DNA of 64,000 bases from the human T2T-CHM13v2.0 reference genome, Homo sapiens: contig CP068257.2 of assembly GCA_009914755.4 (NCBI GenBank), positions 26,784,001-26,848,000 of the forward strand, in the 5' to 3' direction. Position 1 is the stretch's first letter, and every line of letters starts with the position of its first letter. Made by a program: the position numbers and the translations under genes. This document shows positions 1 to 15,157 of this stretch, in pieces. Below the pieces are notes generated by a model. The model had not been told where the DNA came from and searched no databases. It worked only from the letters and a program-made list of their open reading frames with translations.

Positions 1-2229
1 TTCCATCTACCCAGGAAGATGAAGCATGACATGTCATTTCAAATGTGATTATGTGTATTATGAAAGGCTAAGTACAAATTGCTATGGCGGCAAATGCTAC
101 GCGGGACTTAGGACACATAGACTCTGTCTACATGCTTATAAAAGATGGTTTTTAAAATGTTAGTGTGCTTAAAAGCTCTATACCCGTCTAACTGTAGCTA
201 TACATTACAGCATTCATCACATTCTATGTGTATGTATACCTATTCCGCCAAACATTGTTCTTAACTCTGATTACATAATAAGTGGTCTGCAGGGAAGCCC
301 AAGCAAAAATATATTTTTAAAAGAGCTTCCCAGGTAATTCTACCACACAGCCATGATCAAGAACCACAACACGAGGCCACGAGCTTCTTAAGGACAGAGA
401 TACCTGTTGTCCTGAACTTTATGCCTAACATCTGGCATGGTAAACTATACAGATTTGGTGTACAATAAACGCTTGTACATTGAACTGAATTGATTTGAAA
501 TGCCCTGGAAATGCATTATAAACTGCTTCCTCAAGAGAGAAAGTCTCAATATTGCATGTCCTTCTTTCATTTCTACTCTAGAAATGTAACATAAACATGA
601 TGAAACAGCCATACCAATCCGGTGAGTTATCTGCCTGTTCCCTCAGGGGGACAAAAAAATTAAAAGCATATTATTAAATAACTATAAAAAATTTGGATTA
701 GGAAATATCCTAATTCACCCATGGCCTGTCTAGTCCACTCAGTTCTCAATGCACATGCCAACTATTGCTAAAACCATCTGTTCCCTTCCAGACATGGATG
801 ATCCCATCAAACAACCATGAGCCAAATTTGCTAACCATCAGCCTGCAAAAAGTACACAGAGTTTGACTTTTCACCTGACCAATCCTATCAGCACTTCGTG
901 CCAGTCATAAAGACAAAAAAATCCAACCAGCTGCACTCTGTGAATGGCTGAACTGATTGAACTGCCTAGATATTTTGGTCAGGAAGACACAATCTAAGGC
1001 TTCCCCATCAACACAAATTTCCATGGAAACCAAACCTGGAGATAGAGTACATGTACTTTATTTTAGGTCCAATGGTTGTCATGAGGCCTTCCCTGTGTCA
1101 GTCAAGGTTCTTGGTATCCAGGCCAGTGCTTTGCTCCATGGCTGGCTATCGTTTGAGCCATCACTTTAACCAGGCTCAGACAGTACTTGCTTTGAATAGG
1201 CTCCAAAGAGTTTTCCATGGAGAACTTATGTCTATAGAACTGTCTGCTCACCCAGACTTCATAAACCCTTTGTCTATCCAGACAGGAAAAAAAATCAACA
1301 TTGCACTGTTATTATTAAATTTATTTAGTATTATTTTATTCTTCTTAAAAATACAGCTACATTCCTCTCTTACCACAATATATCTGGAACTTGAAATTTT
1401 GTATCTGCTTTTTAAAACCATTTTAAGGATATCAATGACTTATATCCTAAATAGCCAAATATAAATTAACCCTTACTTTTCTTAACAGTCCAGAGCATTA
1501 TGAAATGAAAAACCATGTTTTACTGTGAAAAGTTACTCTCTGATTTTTGTAAATTCGGATTTGGGCACATCAGGCCCTCCACTATTTAATGGAAATAAAA
1601 GTGGAGGTATAACTTCACATTGATGATATCAATCCCTATTTTGTGCTTTCAACATTCACATCTTTATTTGCTTGCCTAATGTGTTAGGAGGAATTCAAGT
1701 CAGTGCAGGACACAGAAACCACACTGAAGGTTTTAAGCAGGGACAGATTAAAATAGGAAATTTGTTTCTGACAAAATTATTGAAAGGGCTTGAAGAACAG
1801 CTTCTATGCTGGACCTCGTGGAATGACTTCAGAAACAAAACTGACCCACTAAGCTCACTAAGGTGGTCACTGGAGCTGTGATGGAAGGGAGACGTTCCAC
1901 TGACATGGCTCCAGGGTCCTTCCCACATCCAAAAAGCTAAGAGAATGAATACTGGGAGCTGTGATTCTGAGACTGGAAAGCCAGATCATGACGCCAGCAC
2001 CTCTGCCCCTGCTTCTTGACACCATGGAAGCTTGAGAATGGACAGTGGAGCGCTGAATTAAGGAGACCTCCTATCTTCATGATCTCACTGGCCAGCAGCA
2101 ACAGCTAAAAGCTACAAAAGGATGACTTCTCCCTCACACCCGCCTTTCAGATTTCATGGAAATCAGTCTAATTGGTGGATCGTCATTTCTTCTAAACCGC
2201 AGCTGCAAGCATATCTGGGAAACATAATT

Positions 2230-2323
2230 AATAATTTTTCAAACTCTTCAACTAGAGGAAAGTTGTGAGTGTACAAATAATTTTTCAACCTCTTCAACAA
2301 GAGGAAGTTGTGAGTGTATAAAC
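2230..2323. repeat. Imperfect tandem duplication, ~47-bp unit x2
   Basis: Direct reading: 'aataatttttcaaactcttcaactagaggaaagttgtgagtgtacaaat' is immediately followed by 'aatttttcaacctcttcaacaagaggaagttgtgagtgtataaac'. Confidence 0.8.
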
Positions 2324-3633
2324 ACCTATATAAACAACAGAGGCACAAAGTAATATTCATTGCTTTATTTACACATTCAAGTTGAATATAGATAGAAGAT
2401 GACAAAGTCTGATGACCAGAGACCCCAGTTTCAACACTGTTAAAAGGAAATTGAGGTCACATCAATCCTAAGTACCATGCATTCAGATTATGGTTTCAAG
2501 TTCAAATAACAGCTAATGACTCAATTCACATATATCCAGAAAGACAGCCCAAAATCACCCCAGAATAATACTCCCACGTCTCCACTACTTGACCTCTCTA
2601 CCATTCAACTCAACTTTGATGTCTAATTTTTGCCTTGAAACTGCATAAATTCAGTCTTCAAAAGTTTATTGTTCTGTAGGACAACCAGAAATTTACACTC
2701 AGTTAGGAAACATAAGACACAGTTGTCTTTTAGTGTGTCCATTCTTCTGAATGTATATCACTCATAATAATAATAACCAATACCTCAAAGCGAATAAAGT
2801 ATTTTATGATGTGGCTTAGTGGTTTTATTTATGCCTCCTCAGGAAGCCAAGAGACCACAACACAAATCTGAAAAACAATTAGCCTGTTTCTGATTAAACA
2901 TGTATTGCTTAAAGCTGTAGCAAGTGAACAAGTGAAAAAGTTTACTGCTAATTCATACAAGCAGTATTTTTTGCTGGGCCCTTTAAATAATGAAAGCTAT
3001 GCAAATAGTGGCAAAGGATAAAAGAAATTAAACACAATTTAATTTCTTCATTTTGAAATGCAATCAGTAACTGTTTTCATTCATACTCCTTTGGATTTTC
3101 TTATCTATCCTGTGCACCAAGGAAATAAAATGTATCTAGAAAGGTCAATTGATAAATGCTTATTAGCTTAAAGCATGTTTAAGCTAAAATCTTAATCCTA
3201 GAATTATTTGTTTAGTGGAAATTCAAAAGGGCAAGTCATATTATCAAAAATCATGTGGCTAATCATTAGTGTTTTATCTTTAAAACTACTTTTAAACTAA
3301 CGAGCATTTCTCACAGTTTGCAAGTTGATTCAGTAATGTACCTTTGGCCTTCATGAGCCACTCACTTATGACCCTCCAAATCTCCTAGCTTCTAAGTCTG
3401 CAGTCAGAGAACACATATACAGAAGGAGCCTTAGGTGTTATGCTCACAGTGTAACTCCTTATATATTCAATTTAAAATACAAAAGTGCCTCATAAACAAA
3501 TCTAATTTATAAAGTCTTGATAAAATGCATAGATGTTGGTGAAGATACTTATTCATTTAAGACACATGATGTAAATAGTCAAGTTCTCATGGTATGCACA
3601 CAGACAAAAGGTGGAAAAATTTAGCAAATACTC

Positions 3634-3921
3634 ATTTTTTTAAACAGGGTCTTGATCTGTTATCCAGGCTGGAGTGCAGTGGTGCAATCATAGCTCACTG
3701 CAGCCTTGACCTTCTGGGCTCACGTGGTCCTCCCACCTGAACCTCCCAAGTAGCTGGGACTACAGACTTGTATCACCATACACAGCTAATTTTTTTTTTA
3801 TTTTTTGTAGACATGAGGTCTCACTACGTTGCTCAGGCTGGTCTCAAACTTATGGGCTCACGTGAACCACCTCAGCCTCCCAAAGTGCTAGGATTACAGG
3901 CATGTGCCACTGTGCCCTGTC
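3634..3921 (-). mobile_element. Alu SINE (AluS-like), antisense on + strand
   Basis: The + strand reads poly-T, then 'gggtcttgatctgttatccaggctggagtgcagtggtgc...cctcccaagtagctgggactacag...gcctcccaaagtgctaggattacaggcatgtgccactgtgccc'. This is the reverse complement of the Alu dimer with an A-rich middle linker. Confidence 0.9.
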
Positions 3922-6900
3922 CCAAATATTTGGATCTTTAGTTCCCAAAATACCGAGTGTCTGCATATACAAACATATCTGTATATTGGTGTTTTTAGTT
4001 TTCATTTGGAAGTTTTCCATAAAAACCACGATCTTAGTTTTCTTAGCTATGTGCCCTGAGTTGTGAATAATAATTTTGATAATGTTACTATCCCTTTAGG
4101 AAAATATTTAGCACAGAAACTCTGATAAATGTGTCTTGTCTGTTGCAATTGAGTATGTTTGCAAAAAGAAGAGGATTTGGAAAAGATATTTCAGTAATTC
4201 AACATAGCCAAAAACTTATTATTGTATAAGTATTAACACACTACTAAGACAACTAATCTTATTTTATGTACCACAATATACTTAATGAGTAAATTTAACT
4301 AAACCTATCACAGTAAAGGGTAAATGACTACTCCATGCCTTTTACATTTGAAGCGGGCACCAGTAATGCTCACTTCAGTGCAGGGTCTCTGCGGTGTCTG
4401 CACTCATTCCTCAAGGAGTAGCAGGCCACAAACTGGTTATTGAGTTTGGAAGGGGAAACTGAACAAATGTTTCCCAGCCTCTTCCTAGTTCCTTCATCTA
4501 AGAAGCGTAAGGCTTGCAAGTAGCATGAATTTTCATATGCGCCATTTTGCTCCATGTTGTAAAGGATCTTGTCTCTATTGAGGAAACTTGTGGTTTTCCA
4601 GGACTGCTGTAATTGGCAATCATACTCTCCAAAAGCAGATTTACTAGGTTAAAAAAAATGTGGTAATTTGCTCCACTTCTTTTTTATCTTTTGTCTTCTC
4701 ACTTGGTTCAGAACTTAGGCAGTTTAATAGAGTTCTCTTTATTGGACCCACTTGAGCCTCATATAAGATTTAATTTTTAAATTGTCTGAAAAAGAGTCTG
4801 AGGTTCCCAAGAAGCCTCTAGTTCATTAAACCACTTGACTTTCCAAATCTATGTGCATTAGCCAGAATCTATGTGCAAAGATCTACCTATATAAAAGCCC
4901 TTCTATAATTACAATTTCTACATGGGCTTTTTTTTTTAACAAAGAAATAGAAATGGGAAACTCAACCAATTTATATTTTTTCTTATACAGCTCATCATAG
5001 AAATAGATAGATATATATAAATAACTATATACATAGTTATATAAATAACTTTTCTTTAAAACATTTTTAAAAGCAGAACACATATTTAATATATATTAAA
5101 AGGTCACATGCCTAATATAGTTTTCTGTTGCTCTCTAATGAAAGATGCATGAGACACTTATTTACAAGGTTTCTTAATTTCAGCATTGGTTGCTTACTCT
5201 GCCCCAAATTCACAAGTAATTGATGAAGGCCTATTTTGTTAATTATGTGAAGATCTGTTTTAATTGTGCCTTCTATTGGCATTTTCATACAAAACAAATT
5301 GAAATTGCAATTTAGGAATTTTCCAGTAAATTTGATCAATGTAGGCCACCAAGCTTATTAATTCAGGCAAAGAAACAGATGCTGGCTATCAGAATTGATC
5401 AAATGAGTGATGGTCAACAAATTCCTACTGTTTTGTGTACTATGGACACATAGTCTAGGAATTTATCCTAACTTCTCTTCTTCTCCATGAAATATATGAG
5501 AAATTGCCTGTCTCCAAAGCCAAAACTAAAAGCTACTTAAATTGACTGCAGATGCTTATGTATCTCAAGATTAATGCACTGTGGATACAGAACTCTCAAC
5601 CCAGACTTCACAACCAAATCAACTGGAGCTCATATGGCACACACCTGTGGAATTCAACCAACTAAATTCTCAGAGATTTGGATACAAGTAGATATATTTT
5701 TATTACCAGAAAGGAAGGGTAAAAGCAGAAGCATTTTGTAAGACCTTTCTTAACAAGCAAGTATGTATTGCAAGGGGGCTCTGGGAAATGAGGCCTGCAG
5801 GAGGGGAGGGAGTAGACACAGGATGCACAGGAAAGACGATGGCAAGTACCAAAGAAAAATATCGTTGATTTCTAAAATTAGAAAATAGCATCAGTGACTG
5901 AAAAGGACCATATACAAAGTTTGTGGGTTCTTTTCATTGATTATTATAACCAATTGCAGCTTCCATTACCATTTTCCAAATCTGCTATCTCTTGGGTTCA
6001 TAATTTGCTAAAGCTTTGGCCCCCAAAGAAGCATTCTATCTCCTATTATACACTAACTTTCCTAGCCAACATTTCCCTCTCAAGCAATGCATTTTTTTCT
6101 GCATTGCATGCATGAAATTTACAGAACGTATATCCCACTTGTTGAAATCCACAATGCTTATATTAAAAGCTAGAGAGATAATTAATGCATAAAACACTGA
6201 AAATAAATAAAAACCATTGTCTCCAGAAATAACTTGCCAAAAATGTAACCCTAGAGTCCTAAGTGGGGCTGGAAAGCAGAAAATGCTCATCTCAAACACC
6301 TTTATCTCTTTTTTTCCCTCCTTAGGAATGTCCAGAATGTCTGAGGTCCTTATGAATTCCTAACTTCTTGTTCAAATTGACTCACAGAAAAAAAATGCCC
6401 AATAAACTCATCCATGTTAAGTAATAAATTTGTCTACATTTTTACATTAATGCATCATGAATATTATCATTTTCTGACACATACATTTCAACACCAAAAC
6501 ATTATATACAATAAGGAAATCCCAATCATTTTAATAATGGAGAAGAATTAACCAGGTCTCCCTTTAAATCATGTATTTGCCTACACAAGCTGGCTTCTTT
6601 CAGTGTACTTACTGTACATCTTGAGAAGCAACAGCTTCATATCATCTGGACCAAGCACAGCGAGAGTTCAAGGAAAGTTGACTATAACAGGGAGTTGCAA
6701 TAAATCATCATTGGGAGTTTGAAGGTGACAGTGTCTTTGCTGCACTTGTAATCCCTTTCATGATACTGGAGAGGGCAGAGGGAGAGTTAAAAACAGTGGA
6801 CATGTTCATCTCCAAGCAGCCTGACTGTGATGTTTCTAGGGGGAAGAAGTTCTTAAAACATCTTTTTGAAATTCTCTAAAATAGTAGTGCCTCATAGTGT

Positions 6901-7350
6901 CAATAATGGGGTAAGGGATTAGGAGGATAAATGGATATAACAGAATGAGACAAAGTCAGACTTTTAGGAAACCTACATCTCAGAGGTGAAGAAGATGGCA
7001 AGCAAGAAGCACAAATAAGATAATTAAGGATGATAAAATAGGAGAAGCTCTCCATGGGAAGAGATGTGAGGAGACATGAATCTAAAAATGAGATAGCGAT
7101 GTCAAACACAGTGAAAAAAAAAAGTGCTCAGGCAAATAAACAGGACATGCAAGGACCCTGAGCTGGTCTCTGGGCCTCCCCGACCAAGACTAAATACCTA
7201 CAACCTTCATTCCCTGACATAATGCTGTACATTGGGGGAAAAAAAAATATGCCATTTGTAGAGATCACTAACAACAGCCAAACTGTTTTGGCTGTTTATA
7301 CTAACAAGATTTGTCAATAGTCTATAGACAGTTTTATATGTGATGCTATT

Positions 7351-7708
7351 TGATATGGTTTGGCTGTGTCCCCACCCAAATCTCACACTGAACTATAATA
7401 ATCCCTATGTGTCAAGGGTGGAGCCAGGTGGAGATAATTGAATCATGGGGGGTGGTTTCCCCCATACTGTTCTTGTGGTACTGAATAAGTCTCATGGTAT
7501 CTGATGGTTTTATAAGTGGGTGTTCCCCTGCACAAGCTCTCTTGCCTGCTGCCATGTAAGACGTGACTTTGCTCTCATTTACCTTCCACCATGATTGAGA
7601 GGCCTAGCCAACCATGTGGAACTGTGAGACAATTAAACTTCATTTCTTTATAAATTACCCACTCTCAGATAGGTCATTATTAGCAATGTAAGAACAGAGT
7701 AATACACA
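7351..7708 (+). mobile_element. THE1-type MaLR solo LTR
   Basis: Starts 'tgatatggtttggctgtgtccccacccaaatctca'. Contains 'ggtggagataattgaatcatggggggtggtttccccc' and 'ctgccatgtaagacgtgactttgctc...ccatgtggaactgtgagacaattaaact...ttataaattacccactctcag'. Ends '...agtaatacacaa'. This matches the remembered THE1 consensus (TGATATGGTTTGGCTGTGTCCCCACCCAAATCTCATCTTGAATTGTA ... GACTAATACA). Confidence 0.8.
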
Positions 7709-8494
7709 ATTTAAATAATGTATAGGTAACATTTTTCCTGGATCAATCTATACGGACTTTGGATGAGAGTAAGAAGGAAGACAATGGCCTCTTCTCTTTA
7801 GAGTTGAGGAAGTGACTATAACAAAAGCTAAACATCAATTTGCCAAGAAAAAATGCAAATTTAGCAAGGATATTCCAGAGAACAGTACCAGCCAGTTCTG
7901 CTAACACCAAATGTAGCAGGGAAATAAAGAGAGAGTAATTTGTATTTATGAAATAGGGAAAGCAAACTACCTTGGGGATGACTATTTTCTTATTCCTAGT
8001 AAAAGACCCATTTTTGGGAAATCACAACAGTCAACAGAGAAGCAGGAGAAACAAAAGTCTTCATTTCCCTCAAAAACACTTTCCTTGACGTAAAAGGAGC
8101 TTCGTTTGTTCTCTTACTGCAGTCACAGCAGGATGAAACCATATCATAATTCTTAATTCCAGGAAATTTAGGACAAATTATGAGCAAGCTATTCTTTTAA
8201 AACAGCTGCTATTTTTAGTGTCTTTATAATTATTTAACTTCCTGGAAAGAATAACATATACAACTCTTCATCTTCCAGGCTCCAATGTTTGGGCTTTTTA
8301 AAAATGTTTAAGTAAATGTTAGAGTAGTTTTAATAAAAACATGCCAAATTCACCTTCTTCTACCCACAATGTTTATAGGTTCTTCTGTATCACTATATTA
8401 CCTAAAAAAAATGGTCCTGAAGGAAAGAAAAAGTGAAAGTGGGGGCTTTGAAAATTATATATTACAATAACTTTATATTTTGGTAATCATATCT

Positions 8495-8780
8495 TTTTTT
8501 GAGACGGAGTCTCGCTCTGTTGCCTAGCCTGGAGTGCAGTGGCGCAATCTCGGCTCACTACAACCTCTGCCTCCTGGGTTCAAGCGATTCTCCTCCCTCA
8601 GCCTCCTGAGTAGCTGAGACTACAGGCGTGTGCCACCATGCCCAGCTAATTTTTGTATTTTTAGTAGAGACAGGGTTTCACTATGTTGGCCAGGCTGGTC
8701 TTGAACTCCTGACTTCATGACCCACCTGCCTCGGCCTCCCAAAGTGCTGGGATTACAGGCGTGAGCCACAACACCCGGCC
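8495..8780 (-). mobile_element. Alu SINE (AluS-like), antisense
   Basis: Poly-T, then 'gagacggagtctcgctctgttgcctagcctggagtgcagtggcgcaatctcggctcactacaacctc...gcctcccaaagtgctgggattacaggcgtgagccacaacacccggcc'. Confidence 0.9.
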
Positions 8781-11127
8781 CAATAATCGTATTTTAAATA
8801 GTGATATTGTAGTTCAACCTGCTGGATTATGTTATTTCAACTCTATCCTTTCTTAGAACAGAGTAGCTAATACATACATTCAAGGACTCTTAGAGAATTT
8901 ATACCACCTAGACATCGTGCAAGTGAGAGAACTGAATTCAGCCCGAGAATCTTCAACAACTTACCTATGATACCATAGGGAGAAAGTGAAAATGGCTGAT
9001 GAGGGAAATATTTTCAGGTGACTATTTTGTTCAGAGAAGCAGAATAAAATTTCTCACCTGTATGGACCCAGATTTACACCCTGAAGCAAAGTAGAAACTT
9101 TTAACTGTGCCCAGCCTTTCAGCTTGTAGCCAGGGATAGATGGAAGGCTTTGCACTCACTCCCAACAAGAAAAGAATCCAGGGGAAAAAATCCAGTTCCG
9201 CCCCAGGCAGGCAGAGTGATGGTCCTGAGCAGAGCAGGCAAATTTTTTCTGTAAAAAGACAGACAGAAAAAATTTTTAGTGTCTAGGGACAAGAAACAAA
9301 TTATACTATATACTTTTAAAATAAGTGAGAAAACAAATTCTCAGAATGTTTTCGTTGATGAAATTCAAAATACAATGATAAGTGAGTACTTTTTTTGTAA
9401 TATAGGTCTACCAATGAGAAAAGCTGAATTCTTTATAGGGTGGATAATGTGTCACCTAATGAGATTCAAAGGTAAAAACTGTCTCTGGTGTGTGAGCCAT
9501 ACAAAAACAGTGAGCTGTATTCGACCCATAGGACATTGGGTACCCACCCTGGCATTCAGTGTGGCTCTATGTGGTACTACCTAAATGTCCTCCCATCCGG
9601 TAAAGAAAAACCTGGGCTAAATTTCTTAAGACAGGTGGGGTAAGATGTAATGTTTCTCAAGGAGAAAAACTCTCATTATTTTAAAGCCTGTAGCAAATAC
9701 AGCAGTTGTACCACTGAAAAAGGCCACGGCGCAGCAAATTGAAAATGGTGCTAATGAGAACAGCAGGAAGACCTTAAGAATCATGACAGGAATGGTGTTC
9801 ATGATCAAGGGGCTCTAGAGGAATTAGGCCTTGGTCCAGCCTTTAGGTAAATATCCATATTTGCTTTATGTAAATATCCATAAAGCAAAGACTTCCAAAA
9901 TTGTTCTCAGGCTATGAAGTGTGTGCTTAGATTATCTTACTCCAAGGCAACATGCCCTGGTGGAGGAAGGTCACATATTCACATCTGTATAATCTTTTTG
10001 TTGCTTCTTAAACTCTGAGTCTTTAACACCGAGATTCTTTTGCCTCTCCCAAAGCTTGGTCATTCCGTTTTAATTCATCAGAGGTGATCAGTTTTCTAAG
10101 AGAGAAAGAATGAGACACAAGTGAGGAATTTTCAAGCTTTTGGAGATAAAGGAGGAATGACAGTGTGTAGTTTGATGCAAAAGGGAACACATAGAAGGAA
10201 TATTCACTTACCAGATACACACTTGCTGAATAGATGTTCTAGAACTCTTGGGTCATGCCACTAATGGACATGTTACTGATGAGGTTCAAGAAGTTTCAAG
10301 AGCCCTGTGGAGATCTAAAATTGTAGGCCCTAAAAAAGTGGCTAAATTAAAATACAGGAGGAGTCTAGAGATAAATTTTGCTTCTAGAAGGAATTGCGTC
10401 CATGGCTGGAGCTTGTCAGCCAATGTAACTCACACCATCTTCGTGAGTAGTGTTAGCTTTGAGGACCTTTGTGATCACTGAGTAATTGCAGAACTTCATG
10501 TTCACTCAGGACAGTGATTGCTGGATTTAGAATGTGTACAGCTTCCAATGACTAACTCTGTGCATCACTTTCTCTGACTCCATAATCCCAGTAGGCCCTT
10601 CTCCCATGAGAAACTAGGGAAGCTTTATCAAGAATGAAGACTATGAGATATTAAGCCACTTGCAAGCTAACATATTAGCCCCCACAGCTTCAACGTGATG
10701 GGCTGAAGACACTGGACTCCTAGATCAAAGAGAAAAGACTTTATTACTGAAGGCACAATGAGCATCCTTATCTTCATATTTTCCCAGGTGGATACAGCAC
10801 ACACAATGGGTTTGCATCATAGATGAGCAACCCCTTGCTGGCAAAACCCCAGTTTCTAATAGAGCTGCAGAAAAGAAACCCAACGTCTGCCCCAGATGAA
10901 GACATTGTATTTATTAGACTGCAAAGTAGACAAACACCTTTTCCTTCAGAGAGAGAAATCATCTCTATCTTCAAAAGCTGTTTGCTCTACCAACATCCTC
11001 GAAAAGACAGAGTGATCATCACCAATGCCTTTATTTGCAAGACATACATGGAGAATTGCCTCCCAATATGCCCAGACTTGCTTAAATTCATTCATGTCAC
11101 ATTCCCTATTGAGCTTCCAGATAATAA

Positions 11128-11525
<398 letters not shown>

Positions 11526-12015
11526 TTATTGATCATCATTCTAAGACATGGCTTTATTCTTATGCAGCTCAAAGTCATTAGGAAAAACAGTCATTAGGAA
11601 AAAAAGTGAGTCATGATTTCTAACCACTGCAATAAAGATAACATGAGCCAAGCCATTTGCTATTTCTCAGATTCAATTTTTGCTTACATTTCACTGAACA
11701 GAACTTAGTGACATAGCCTCACATAGCAGGAAAGGCAAGGAAATGAATACATTGTTGCCTGGAATAACATCAGGATTCTGTTACTAAGCAATATGGGAAA
11801 TATGGATAATGGGTGCAATTAAAATCTCTGACACAAGAAGAAAACCTGTAAAAGTTATCATGAATGATACATCTTTGGGAAATTATTCTGCTCATATAAA
11901 ACCAGGTTTCCCCAAATATGATTTAGGTATTCCTGTCAAATGTTAGGTGATTATGTAACTGAACTAGAAGATAGAAAATTAGACTTAACATGCTTACTTA
12001 TTCCATTAAACAACA

Positions 12016-12036
12016 GCAAACAAACAAACAAACAGA
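12016..12036. repeat. (CAAA)n microsatellite
   Basis: 'aaacaaacaaacaaacaaaca' read directly. Confidence 0.85.
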
Positions 12037-13462
12037 TTCACTCTCAGTTTAGCATTTATATATGCCATTGTGTGGTAACTATCATGTGGTAATAATCTAA
12101 CAACATAAAATATTGCTTTAAGATTAAAGTAAGATCATAAAATTTCCAAATACTAAGAAGTTACCAAAAATTGTATACTACAGACTCACTGTATACTATA
12201 GTTCCACTGAAGGTTGTTTCAAGAAGTTCTTTTAAAATTTAGAACATAAAGGGCAAGGAGGTGAAAATACTAGACAAAAAGGGAAGCAATCTAAAAAATA
12301 GCCTAATTCTCAAAACAATATATTAGAAATTTCAGAAGCAGATATAATAGACAAAGGAGAGATAATAATCAATAAAATAATAGTTGAGAATTTCTCTGAA
12401 TTGAAGAAACATTAAATGTTAAAAACATGTTATGGTAGTAGAAACATAATTATACTGGAAAATATTTAAATATTTTTATAAAGAGGAGATAATAGATGGG
12501 GGAAAAGTGAATGTGTTTCTTTTCCACAAATATCAAATTTCAGAAGATAGTAGAGCAAAATTTCTAGAGTTTGAGCTTCAATACCTTCATGCCCAATCAA
12601 CCTAAGATTTAACTGCTAGGGCAACTGAACAGTATTCTTACACATGCAGGAATAATACTACCCACGTGCTCTCCCCCCACAAAAAAACTGAAAAACTATT
12701 TCATCAATTGAGGAACTGAATAAAAATAAGACATCTGTGATGTACTGACAAGATGAAATGAAAAAGGCAAGCTCAAAATATGTCTTACAATATGAACGTT
12801 TTGTTTAAAAATAGATATTATACATGTTTAATGGAGATATGTATCTCTATTAAAAAGCTTAGAAATATATAATCAATATGTTAATAGTGGTTATGTTTTA
12901 CTAGTGGGAAAAATAATTTTTAATATTTATGGTCTACACCTGAGCTGTCCAACATGGTAGCCACTAACACATGCAACTAGTAAATGCTTGAAATATGGCT
13001 GGTCCCAGTGAGAGGAGAGATATGCTATAGTGCATGCCAGATTTCAAAGACTTAATGTGAAAAATGAATATAAAAGATCTTATTGATAATTTTATATTAA
13101 ATACTAAAATACTCATATCTTCAATAATTACATGAATAAATTTTATTTTTAAAATTAATTTTACCTATTTTTTAAAAAATTATCTCACAAATGTAACTAC
13201 TAAAAAGCTTTAAATTATATATATTGTGAGTAATGGAAGTCTTATTCGAATTAACAGTTTTAAAAGGAAATCTGTAACTCATGGAGCTGGAAATAGTATT
13301 GGTATAACTCATGAGATGGAAGGAAAAGCTATGGGAACCAATATTCTGGTCATTATCCACCTCCCAGCTCTGTATTCGACTGGCTTCTTTCTGTGGGAGG
13401 CTTCTCTCCACCTAGCAGGAAACATGTTTGCCAGCAACTAAGTTTTGCATCCTCCCAAATAA

Positions 13463-13813
<351 letters not shown>

Positions 13814-15136
13814 TAACCAAAAAAATTACTCTGTTTGGCCCCACTTGAGACATACGGAAACTCCTGGACTAGTATTTTTTTCTGGCAAGGTCTGCATGGC
13901 AGGTAGACAGGGGACCTGCAGGAGGGTGAGAGACAGGCAGAATGGGCTTGTCAGGGTCCATGAACAGAAGGAATAAGACGGTGTTCTAAGAAGACAGCCC
14001 ACTAGAACCGAAGTCTGAAAGCTGTTATGCTAGATAAATATTTCATGAAATGAAACATTATGCATTAGACCATTTGACTCACATCATGTCCCCTACACAA
14101 AAGTCTGGAAAGTGGCAGAAAATAGAAAGATTGAACAATGATTTCAGGGATAAAATGGACTAAGTATAATTGCATGATCTGTCTGTTCTTGCATAAATCA
14201 CTTCTATAAGAAGGATTATATACGTTTTTGCTCTAGTTTGTTACCACCACAGTCTGGCATATAAACTATGCCTGCCTCTTACCCTTTGTGAACTAGAGAT
14301 CCTGCTCTGTTTTTATTGCCTTAGACTTTCAGAGATCAGCAATTACAAAAGCTTCCAAGACTTTTCTCTGCTCAGAAGCTTTGTATATTTTTGCAAAAGC
14401 TTTGCAAATAGTTTGGGATGTATCTTTGCAGGCCACAGGTTCTTTCCCACCCGAGGGTCAGGAGGAGGACATCAAGAGAAAGGATCAGTGAAGACAGAGC
14501 TTAGAGCAATCACAGCTTTAGTCTTCACCATTTAGCTTTCTGCTCTCCTTCCCTACGTAGATCTATCTCCACTATTTATAGTGGAGAAACACAGATGTGC
14601 TCATTATTTCCTTGGATTGATTTAATGTAAATTAACTTATTAATAAATACCCTTTCTTACCTTTCCCTGTCCATTATCTCATAACATACACAGCACATGA
14701 AGCAAACAAGGAAGTTTCCTGGAGGTATTACTTGTTCATTTATCACCTAAGTGTCTTTATCCTGTTTTTGCTCATCTAAACTGTGTAGTATTGAAAGGAA
14801 AAAAGAAAAAAATACATGAGGAAGAACAGACATGTCCTTTCTTATTTGCATTTCTCCATCTCTTGTCATCATTCTCCTTTACTACACCTTGGCCAACATA
14901 ACCGTTTTGCAATACCAGCAATTCCTACTCCCTTATGATAAATATTCACCTCTTATCTTCTAATATCTTATAATCTGCCCACTTGGGACCAGTAACACCT
15001 ACACCAGAGACTATGGATGACTGGTGATGTAATTTAATAAAGGACCCAAGAATATTTGGAAACAGCCCAGTATTCACTGTCAGTAACAATGTTTGTGAAT
15101 ATCTGAGTTTTCTTTCGGCAAAATCCCTTAAACCTT

Positions 15137-15157
15137 ATTTATTTATTTATTTATTTT
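15137..15157. repeat. (ATTT)n microsatellite
   Basis: 'atttatttatttatttattt' read directly. Confidence 0.85.

Noticed and set aside
1051-1464. Other 100-137-aa ORFs (1051..1464, 10823..11131, 19012..19323, 25405..25713, 26769..27104, 30130..30438, 31645..31965, 35400..35711, 45456..45761) as exons
   Set aside because: These lengths are expected by chance in 64 kb of about 38%-GC sequence. They have low-complexity or hydrophobic AT-driven composition and no recognisable domains or motifs. There is no codon-usage contrast with their flanks, and no flanking splice, polyA or promoter context.
12480-12720. Possible very old L1 (L1M-like) ORF2 remnant
   Set aside because: There is only a faint peptide resemblance ('IILPTCSPPTKKLKNYF' against L1 '[20 protein letters not shown]'). 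This is too weak to call without a RepeatMasker run.
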